From Camelus dromedarius (taxonomy: Eukaryota): DNA of 64,000 nucleotides. Position numbers and translations under genes: made by a program. The notes under the pieces were generated by a model. It saw only the letters and a program-made list of their open reading frames with translations. It searched no databases and was not told where the DNA came from. Each line of letters starts with the position of its first letter. The first letter of the stretch is position 1. Below, piece after piece: positions 53,498 to 64,000 of this stretch. The DNA lies in contig NC_087436.1 of assembly GCF_036321535.1 (NCBI RefSeq), positions 38,132,001-38,196,000 of the forward strand, read 5' to 3'.

Positions 53498-55689
53498 GGG
53501 GGAAGAGAGATTTAAAGGTAATATGCACTAAAGAACAATAAGAGCCTAGAGGTAAGGAAAAATCTTGGATTCAAGAAAGACTCAATTACATGATGAAATT
53601 TTCTTTGCAATCTCAGTTCTTAAAAAGGGGGTGAAGAGAAAGGAAGAGTGACTTATATGGTCTCAGTGCACTTATATAACTTCCTCTTAATTTTTGGAAA
53701 GTCTTGTGAAGATTGGAAAGCAGCTTCAGTGACTTATGGAAAGCTGCCCCTTAAATTTTTTCTGATTCTTTCCACATTGCCTCAAAAATCTATGATGAAA
53801 AGGTCTTCCTCTTTTTAGAGAATTTATTCACAGAGTGCTCTCTGGACAGACACAGAAAAAGAAAGAAGAGAAAGTAGCCCAGAGAACCTGGTGCCTTATT
53901 TCTGAGAGTTAATGATACAGCTTTCTAAAAAGTAAACTGCTATTCTGGTATTTAGCAACCCTTTACTCTTCTCAGCACCTGCTTAGTCACTGATCAAGTG
54001 AAATGACAATGCTTCTGTGTTTTGAAAGTTTGCTGAAGGACTCTAGTGTAGAAATGTTCCTGTTTTAAAACTTATAGGAGGAAATAATTATATAATTATA
54101 TTCATTATCTTGAAAACATAGTGATAATGAAAATAATCTCCCTACCAACAATTCAGGAAACCTCAAATGAAAATTAGGCAGCACATATTTCAAGTTTAGA
54201 CAATGAAATGGACTCTTAACCTTTCTGATTTCATCTAAGGATCCTGCTTCCCATCCTGTTCTTAATTTGATCCCAGTGCTTGTGACATTTTTGGACTTCA
54301 AGTGCGGTTTCACAGTTTGGATGAGCTGCTAAACTTGGCACTGAATAAGTTACAAAAACAAAGAGAAGAATAAACACTTTTTCTTCCAAGGATCAGGGAG
54401 TTTGAAAGACCTCTATAGATGTATTACGCTAATATGTGTGTGTAAATTCATGAGATAAAATATTTAACATATATTTTTACTAATTTGTTTCTATGCAAAT
54501 TAGTGGAGATACCCCATCTTATTTATTCGCTTTGTTAATGTTGCCCCAAAGACTGCTTTAATTGCTAACAGTCAATATATAAAAAAGGGAGCATAAACAT
54601 AATAACAAAGTAAAGGTTTTACATTGAGATTGATGTCTACCCACAGAGTTGGCATCTATTCAACTAATATTCTATTTTAGAAAACATAGAGAAAATGGTA
54701 CATTTTTCCTTTTGAGCCAAGAGGGCAGAAGTCGTATCAGCCACTATACAGAGCTTTCCTCCTACTTAAGTTGTAAGATTTCCTCTATCATGCCCAATTT
54801 AATCATGTACAGATAGATCAAATGCCCCAGTGATGTATACTAGAGGCATAAACATCACTGCAAATGCATGTGAAAATTATAGAATCAGGGAATTGTTCTC
54901 TACGTGGAATCCTTGTGATAAGCATAGACCTGCTCTGTAAGCTCAAATGTAGTGTGAACCTGAAAAAAGCCGATACCCCCTTTTCCAACGAGAAGATAAA
55001 AAATACTTTTCTTTCTTTGACAATGTAAACACATAAAACTTAAGGGGAAATGCATTAAGTAGTAAATATACTTATGATAAAATAGAAATTTTGGGAGTTA
55101 CATTTATATAATACAATATAATGTATAATAAATTTACTTAATTAACTATGTATATACATTATATAGAACTATAAAATACATATTACTTTATTAAATTAAT
55201 TTAGTTTTTTTCCCCAAACTTCTGCTCCATATATTTTTGGTATCTAGCTAAGGACAAGTTTAGATAGTACTTTGGGCTCTGTTGAATATGCTTGTGTGGT
55301 TCAAAGTTACTTCCGTGTGGAGTTATTTTTAGCAAGGCTTCTCAAGCTAAAATTCAAGCCTGTCTGACTCAGGATGCTAATAATCTTATTTTTATACTGT
55401 CATTACCTTTCATACATTTGGTGATCCATTCACAGGCCTTTGACTCCTTAACCCAAAGGCAGATTTCCTGACCTCAGCCCCTACTTCTTCTCACCCCCAT
55501 CCTGGCTCCACACATTTTTTTTCAGCTTGTTGCTCACTGTTGCCCTAGCTGAACACCACACTCTGCAAATTCTGCTCCCTACTTTTTGCCAGACAACATC
55601 TTTGCTCTATCTTCTTTACTTTTAAATGGCCTTGCCTAATCACATCTATACTGGTTTTTCCTAGTTGTTGTATGAAACACTGACATCAA

Positions 55690-56260
55690 CAAAGATAATA
55701 TAAAAATCAGAAAACCAGTTAAAGAGTCATCTATTCAAAGATTTGAAAATACAGTTACTACATACGAAAACTTCAAATACCCTTAACTCTTATATCTCTT
55801 ACAAGAACTTTGAAAGAAGTATTTCCAATTATGACAACAATCCTAAAATTTACCAATCAATAACAGTAAAGAGTTATGGTAGTATAAGACACTCTCTATG
55901 CTATCAATAATAAAAAAATAATTTTCATGAATCATGCTGTAGAACAAATGAAATTTTTAATAATCTCTCTACAGAAAATGACATTGCAAGATTATTGCCA
56001 TGTGAAGAGATGATCAAAGAAATATGAAGGCAAAGGAAAAAGGGAAAATATAATAAAGGACTGCCAGGCAATTAATGCAAATTTTATGTTAGTTTTCTGA
56101 ATTTGTCAGCTTCTAAGAATGAGCAGTTATTAGGGAGGTCTTTTCTCATCCTAAACACAAATTTGCTTCTGTCATAAGTTTACATGAATGATTTTATGTA
56201 AATTTTTAATTAAAGAGAGTTCTCACAAAATTGCATAGGATTCAGACTTTACAGTTCTTT
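55690..56260 (+). mobile_element. hAT-Tip100-class (Zaphod/Arthur-like) transposon 3' fragment
   Basis: Decayed hAT C-terminal dimerisation domain: 'EVFPIMTTILKF', 'LSIIKK', 'LSTENDIARLLPCEEMIKE'. Confidence 0.7.
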
Positions 56261-56469
56261 AGATCAGTCGTGGGATAGGTACTCTTTTATCCACACTGCA
56301 GGAAGGAAGAGAGTAGTAGAGGGGAATGCCACCTAAGTTTAACTTTCCCAAGGTTGCACAGCTAGAAAGAGGCCAAGCGGGAATATATTGGACCTCGTGA
56401 GTATGACTCCACGTCTCGTGCTGGTAACGAGCGATCCAAGGCTTGTTCACTTTGCACATTCTAATCTCT

Positions 56470-56600
56470 AGGGGAGCTTAAAACCACTAATGTCTGGACC
56501 CCACCCCTGACCAATGAAATCACAGCCTCTTGGGATCTAAACTTTGGTATTTTTTTAAGGCTCCCCAAGTGATTCTAAGCGTGAGAATCATTGCACTATA
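56470..56600. mobile_element. MER5-like MITE
   Basis: 'ggggagcttaaaacc...ggaccccacccctgaccaatgaaatcac...ctccccaagtgattctaa...tgagaatcattg'. Confidence 0.7.
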
Positions 56601-57777
56601 CTATATCTTATCAACAAAAAGTGTTGACTTTTGTGGTGGAAGGTTTACAGTTTTCAAGGTAGTCATGCTGTATGAGCAATCTGATTGTAGGAAGCTGTGC
56701 CAATCAATTGTCCAAGGTATTACTATCTTCCCTGGTTCATGCCCCTATAGCCTTCTGATCTGATCCTCACAGATGACATCACTTTGTCTCCATATGCAAG
56801 CTCAGCTCCATCCATGTTAGGACACCAGTCTTGCTCCTAGAAGCTTAAAGAAGCGGAAATCTGTTTATCAGCCACATGACATCCCTTATCCATAGCCAAT
56901 CACTTTTCACTCTGCTCTAGTGGTCTGTAATCACATTTAGTGATTATTTAGCCTCATGTGTAGTTCAACTTGACCAAATGACCAAAGTTGTTGCTTAATA
57001 TTTAATTTTTAAATCTAACTTTGAATATTCATCAAATTATTTTATACACCATCTTTATGTTATTTTATTTCCTGGATTCTGTGAGCAAATATACAAATAT
57101 TGTAAACTCACAATATAACTTATTTTTAGTGTATGTATTAGCTTTGGCGAATTAGCTTGAAAGTCAAAGATGTGAGTTCATTTTAGATTGAGTGAAGAAT
57201 TGGTATTCTAAATATGTGATAAAATCTGATGAAAATGTTGGATGATGATTAAGGAGCATGTATTATCAACTAAAAAAGTATATTTCTCTTGTTTATAAGT
57301 CTGAAGGATTGCTTCTTGATGGGTAAGTTTATCCATCTCTACTCTTTGCCACAGCCAGCACTACACTAAAAATCAGTTTTGCTTTGAACGTGTATATGTT
57401 ATTATTTTAGACTACTGATAACATCATATACAAAAGAAGAGGAGAAAACGGAAAAAAGAAAACTTATCAGGACTTCAAATATTTTTCTTCCTGTAAGTAT
57501 TTTAAAATATAAATAGATAATCTTTATATCCTCAGCAAGAGCACAGTGCTGATCTATCAGGCTCTCAGTAGATGGAGCAGAACTTGTCACAGAGGCTCAT
57601 GATCCCTTCCTGTCAGCTCCCTTCCTGTCAGCTGTCCCAAGCAGAGGAACCTCTTGCTTCATGTCAGCAGCACACATGGCATCACTGGAGACATTCACGG
57701 TCATTCTGGAGTGTGAATTGATATTTGCCAGAGTGCTATTTTCCTGCTGAGCTAATGTCTATTTATTTTCCTTTGCT

Positions 57778-57849
57778 TTTTTTCTTTTAATTGAAGTATA
57801 GTCAGTTACAATGTGTCAGTTTCTGGTGTACAGCATAATGCTTCAGTCA

Positions 57850-57914
<65 letters not shown>

Positions 57915-58020
57915 GTTTTCATATTCTTCATTATAAGTTACTACAAGATACTGAACACAGTTCCCTGTGCTATACAAAAGAAATTTGGTTTTTTAAATCT
58001 ATTTTATATATAATAGTATT
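57778..58020 (-). mobile_element. Young L1 3'UTR fragment with expanded internal (TA)n
   Basis: 'ttgaagtatagtcagttacaatgtgtcagtttctggtgtacagc'; (TA)n at 57853-57911. Confidence 0.9.
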
Positions 58021-58589
58021 TGCTACTTCTCTTTGCTTTTGTACTTGGGTATGATCTCTATTTGATACATTTTTTTCCATATTTCACATGCACTGGATGC
58101 TAGGTCATTAGTCTTAAAAATCATATAGAATAGGAAATTCCTACCAATTTTGATATAAGGGTACTGCTAATGCACTTTAGTGCTGAGGGTGAAATAAGTA
58201 AAGAGGTGAAGAAAAGAAACAACAGGAATGGGGATAAAACACTTACTTGCAATACCATACATATGACAAGTACTCAATTATGTTATTGATTATGAGTTAT
58301 ATTATTGACAACCGGTTGGTAATTGATTGCCTTAACATCAAGGGAGAAAAGGAGATGGCAAGTAAGATTTTCAAGTCAAGATACGTTATTAGCTCTATTA
58401 AAACTCTAAGGAGTATTACAAAAAGTTACAGCTATGAAAAAGTAGTTATTGGGTCCTGTTATTTCGTGTAATTCATTTGGGCAACTGGCTGATGTTGGTT
58501 ACATGACATTTATTAGCATCATTTTAACGAACTCAGAGAAAATCCCTATCTTTTTTTAAACTTTTTTCTTCTAGACATTGTAATGTAAC

Positions 58590-58786
58590 TTTATAGCAGC
58601 ACTATTTACAATAGCCAAGACATGGAAACAACCTAAATGTTCATCAACAGACAACTGCTGTGGTATATTTATACAGTGAAATACTACTCAGTCATAAAAA
58701 ATAATAAAATAATGCCATTTGCAGCAACATGGATGGACCTGGAGAATGTCATTCTAAGTGAGGTAAGCCAGAAAGAGAAAGAAAAT
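58590..58786 (+). mobile_element. Isolated L1 ORF2 C-terminal fragment lacking a 3'UTR
   Basis: 'ttatagcagcactatttacaatagccaagacatggaaacaacctaaatg'; peptide 'IMPFAATWMDLENVILSEVSQKEKE'. Confidence 0.9.
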
Positions 58787-61700
58787 ATGTGGGATACTGA
58801 TTATTACACTTATGTAATGGAAGTTATGTATTTCTTAGATAATATTACTTGTCTAGATATTTACTACCTCTTTCCCTTATGTCACAGTCTCTAAACACTT
58901 TACACACTTAATCAAATCCTCACAAAATTCTATGAAGGTACATAGACACTCAATAAATAATTACTAAAATAAATGAATAAATAAATAGGCATAAACTCTA
59001 TGTTCTTTTTTCTGGGTATGATATTGCCCAATTGGAAAAAGTTCATTTTCAAAACTGAAGATTTCAAGTGAGTAAATCTCTCAGTCATAAATACAATTTT
59101 ATCTGGAGACTTGTACCCCAAATATACCACTTTGAACATAATTCCTTTAAGGTGCTTATTTTTTTAAGGCAGATCATCAGCTGCTTATATTTTCCCAGGA
59201 CAAATGTGCTCTTAAGAGCCTCTCCTAATTGAGCAATTGATTAATTAGCACTTTTCTACCTTCACTAGGGAGTGAGAATTTAGAGGGTATTACTGTGCTA
59301 ATAAGCTCACACTTTTCCTATTTTAAACTGTTTTCAATTTTGGGAATACAAATCCCTGAGATAAGAAAAAATAAATTTTAAATCATTTCATCCATGCAAA
59401 ATGTAAAGTAGGTCACCCCACCTGTTTCTACTTGGCTAGTCCATTTGATGAGGAATGAGATATTTCCCTCATGTTTCTGTTTCAAATCTACAGTGTATAT
59501 GTTGAGGAATTTAATATCATAATATATAAAGTAGCAAAGAGCACTGAGTCAAAGCAGATGAAAAAGAAGATATAAGGGGACTATGTAGCTTTTCCTTATT
59601 TGGCAAGTCTCTTCAGGGTTCAAATTCAAATGCTCCCATTAATAAACAATTTGTGCTGGACCAATAGCATATGTGGTGAATATCTGCATGTTAATGAACT
59701 ATAACACTGAAGAAAAACTCAGTGAATATATCCTTTTGTTAAATGAGTTCTCTAACACTTGACAAAAAAACAACATACAGAGTGATAGGGAAATTATCTA
59801 ACATAAGCCAGTCTTCATTGAAAGAGAAGCTTTGCCACGGAACAGGTCCTCTTTAGTGGGTTTGTAATAGGCTGTAGGTGATGGTCTATGGCTGTGTTGA
59901 ATTATGAGGCTATAAATGGTATTAGAGATAAAAGCAAGTAATCAGAAATAGAGTTTAATAGCACTTTGAAAATGACTTTGATCCCAATGAAATGTTTTCA
60001 GATCTGTAAATGAAATAGGATTTTGTGTATCTTTAAGTAGGGAAAATAAATTTTCCTAAATATATATATAGAATGTATAACTTTACAAATTAACCATATA
60101 CATACAAATATATTAGTATGAAATCACACTATATAATTGACTTTTTAATCCATCTTTATAATGCACATTAAAAAAAAGTCAAAACAGCAATCCCTAAAAT
60201 GTTCTATTAAAAAAAACTCGTAAGTGATAAAGTCTTTATTTAATATATTACTTTGTATTATGATGTTATTCAATTTATTAACTTAAAGTGAGTTGATGTA
60301 TCTAATTATTATTAACTGATATGCATATATTTTTTAGACTTCGTTTTTTTTCCAAGAATGGTATTGATTGGTAACAAAGGCTAATATTTTGCTCTGATAT
60401 TATCTAGTACATCTTTACCTTTACTCTGTAATATTGGAAGTGGAATTCTGGACTAAGACTATGACTTTAACAAACTAGCCACACAAGGAATGAAATTAGA
60501 TCTCTGTGGAAAGCATCTTAAAAGACAGTATCATCCAGGCCCGAAGATGAAAGAGCAGGACTAGAGATTTGAATCACGGTGTGTGTATTTGAAACAAAGG
60601 TGTTATACATGTAAGATAGAATGTGTTTACTGTTGTGTATGGTGTGCAGAAAAAAAAGAAAGCCATAGGCCCAGAGTGTGTCCATTGTAATCCAGCTCTT
60701 GTAAGGGGAACGGATAATGAATCCAGAAAACTAGAGAGAACCAGGCACCACCTGAAAGTAAAACTCACAAAACAGTTGTAAATGGATGCCATGAATTGCT
60801 CATTTCACTGTTCTTGCTCTGCTTCCTTGCTCTACAAAGGACCATCAGAGAAAATACGTGCCTCTGCATGTTCATTTCCTAGTGACCCTGAAGAGGGTAA
60901 CTAAATGGAAGTTATAATGCTGAGGACTGTGGCAGTACTCTTCAATGTTAACTGATTATCTTGTAAATGTATGTGTGATAAATTTTAAAATGGGCCTTTC
61001 AGTTTATCTATCAGTCTTATCTGGACTTGGTTAGTCTTCAGAATCTACTCAACTCTGAGTGGTCAAGGCACCCTGAGTCTCTGGGTTTGAAATGCTCCAG
61101 ACATAGTTATACGTCATGGTCACTTCACAACTGTGATGTCATCCTGTAAGATCTTGCCTGAGCAGCAGTTAACTTCCCAGATATCTTTCAACTCTCTTAT
61201 TGTAGGTGGAAAAAATCAAAATAAAGTAGCAAAATCGATTTAACCCCTGTCATTATAAAGTGGAGAAATCTTTCTACCCCATTTTGGAAAGAAATCTAAG
61301 GTTAGTGGATATATAGAATAAAAGAATCCCTTTTGCTAAGCCTCCCTATGAAATGATTGGAATTGATTCTGCAGAGAATTTTTTAAAAATACTTTCTCGT
61401 TTAAATGGTTATTGTTGTTATATTTTCATTCTTCAATTAATAAAATTTAAAATGAAAGATTTCATGAGGCATTATTGGAATTTCTGATGAGTCAGATAGC
61501 TGAGAAATGCTCATTGCACAAATTTTCTTAGATGAAGCTGACTCTCCTAGAAATCTTATTTTCATGTACCTTCCTCCATCCATAGGGCCAACACACTTCC
61601 TTGATGTTGCTCAGTATCTTCTCCCTGCTCTGTACCTTTTAATTAGACAGCAATTCCCAACCTGATCATGACACTTTTTCTTTCTACTGTTAGTATTCAA

Positions 61701-62234
61701 ATGTTTAGCAATTAATAAGAAGGCTTGGGGAAAAAAAAAAAGCCAGACCCCTTGCACAGGAAGTAGTCCTTATGCAAGTCACAGTGTCTGAACAGTCCAA
61801 CCGCCTGCACAGTGTAACGGAGCAGCCTGTTATCACACGTTGTGCTGCTAATACCTCTGCTCCATATTCATAAGTTTTAAGTTATTCCTACAGAAGTTCA
61901 ATTCATCCTCTACTCAGAGAACACCATGGCAACAAGTACCTGGCACATCATACTGTGTGCATATACTAACAGCTCCACTGTGCCAAGCCCACCGGCACAA
62001 AAGTTAGTCTGCCTCGTGTTACTCACTTGTTTGCCCATTGATTCAGTAAGTAAATGGAAATGGTATTTATTTACTGGGCATCTCCACAAAGAAACCACTT
62101 TCATACAAGCCTTCTCTTTAATTATCATACTGCCTTGAGGGGTATTAGCATCAATGTTTTACTGTAAACGTAGGCTCAGTAATTTATAAATGTCTCCATG
62201 ACTTGACGGCTAGGAGGTTGTTATACTCCATTTT

Positions 62235-62675
62235 CCACACAGACCTCTTCTCTATCTTTCTCTGCTTTGTCCTGTGCCCCGAGACTCTAACTTCTACAGA
62301 TTCCACCACCCAGATTCCTTTGCCGTCTGGCTTCTGGTTGGGTTTAGCCAATGGAAGGTACCAGCAGATCAAAGGATGGGAAGAGAAACTGTGCGCATAT
62401 TCATTCCCTCCGCTCTCCCCTGCCTCACAGTGGTTCTGACCACTGCTGCACTTCTTTACAACTCCAGGTCCTGTTGGTGGCTCCTTCCCCAGGGCCCTGA
62501 TTTCTCCCAGGGTTCTGGGAAAACCACTCACTTTCTTTCTTCTTTCTTCTGATCTAAGGATAGTAATGGTCTCCTAATGGATAGTAATGGTTTCCTCAGA
62601 ATCTTCTGGTCCCCTTGATTCTACCCACACGTCTATAAATTGTCCAGTCGTTAAACTTTTGGAGTGTGTCTTCTG
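62235..62675. mobile_element. ERVL solo LTR (LTR33-like) inserted in a MIR
   Basis: 'cctttgccgtctggcttctggttgggtttagccaatggaaggtaccagcag'; MIR-like halves at ~62130-62200 and ~62690-62750. Confidence 0.75.
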
Positions 62676-64000
62676 TAACCATGCCAGATTAGTAATGTTA
62701 GGACTCAAACCCAAATCTCTCTGACTTCAAAATCTGAGCTGTGTCTACCATGATGCTTACCTGTGCAGTCTGTAAGGATCCAAGAGTAGAAAGGGTATGG
62801 TCTTTGTTTTCAAGGTGCTCCCAGTTTGTCTGAGCAGACCCACACTAAACTTCTACAAAAGAATATGCTAAGTTCCATAATAAAAGAATAAGGAAATACA
62901 CCAAAATATATCCAGTATCCCTGAAAATTTAAAACAAGAAATGATACACATGAATCTTTAGAGACTGAATATTAAAATTTTGCATGGCAGTGGGTCTTGA
63001 CGGACTACCTGGGCTTACTCCCTTTGGAACTTGAGATTCCCTAAGGAGGTCTAGGGACTGAGTCCCACAAAATGCATCAGAGACCAAGCTGGCACTAGTA
63101 CACAAGTTTCTTAATTCTTAGCCAGGTGTTCATTCCTCTTTGCTAAATAACCCACGTAGGCTCCTGAGAGAGTACTAAAAACGCACCTCAGACAGATATC
63201 AAGTGATATTCTATACGCACTCTACGTATATTAATCAATAAAAAGTAAATTTGCTACTTGCAGGATATTAGAATGCAAAAATTAAGATGTAGCTTTCTCT
63301 CTACATCTCCCTCTCCCCTCCAAACCCTACAAAATAGAGAATATGTGAGTACGCTAAATACATGCAGAATTAAATTAATCTAGAGAGTCCTCAAAACTGC
63401 AATCTCTTCCAGAGAAATTTTTTTTCAGTTTAATCTAAACCTCAACTGTTTTTGAGACTTCTTTTTCTCATTTAAAAGCAGTTAGAACTAACATATCTGC
63501 ATGATAGCAGGAAGAGATGCTATCGAATGCTCAGTGTGTCAGCATTTGTAATCTGCTTTCGGCCAGTGGGTGGTGAAGTGGTTTATTTCAAGTTGAGGGT
63601 TTGTATGAAAACCCCTTTGTGCTTATTTTATTCAGAATAGGTTTCCCTCAAGGATGCAAAGCAACTGAAGCACCAAACAATCCACTGCTCCAAAATCTTG
63701 TTTATTTTTATGTAGAGCAGTTCTGACATTAGGATTGATGTCCTAGGATTAAAATGTTTTTAATGTAGCTCAATTCTTATGTATTCAAAAAATTCAGATA
63801 ACATCAAATTGCTTATTATAGTTTTATTTAAATTAAGGTCATTTGAATCACAAACCACAGATGAGGCCTACTAAAAAGAGGGGGTTGAAAAAGCCCTGTG
63901 GTCTAAATCATAAAGGGGTAACTTGGCTAGTTTTGTGTCTGTTCCTTTCATCCATTCCTCAGGAACAGAGTGCAAATGCAGGATGGAGGCGGTTACTCTT

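Overview
AT-rich, CpG-poor placental-mammal genomic DNA that looks intergenic or deep-intronic. The young LINE-1 3' ends are of cetartiodactyl type, and I saw no Alu, B1, Bov-tA/BovB, PRE1 or CAN SINEs, so a camelid is most likely (inference). No host protein-coding gene could be confidently recognised. Most ORFs in the supplied track are chance ORFs or repeat artefacts. The window is a mosaic of ancient repeats (L2, MIR, MaLR/ERVL LTRs, hAT DNA transposons, old L1/HAL1), younger L1 fragments and microsatellites. Four features stand out. (1) A ~3.0-kb L1 on the minus strand (28485-31494) with a 17-bp target-site duplication, an intact 5'UTR and a disrupted ORF1, but almost all of ORF2 removed at a breakpoint that coincides with an AG, giving a half-L1 or spliced-L1 architecture. 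(2) A long hAT-Blackjack transposase fossil split by an L1. (3) A perfect 16-bp inverted-repeat hairpin at 22721-22763. (4) A speculative phase-consistent set of minus-strand exons near the left edge. I found no evidence of a new multi-gene system. Repeat family names come from recalled consensus resemblance and boundaries are approximate unless exact motifs are quoted.
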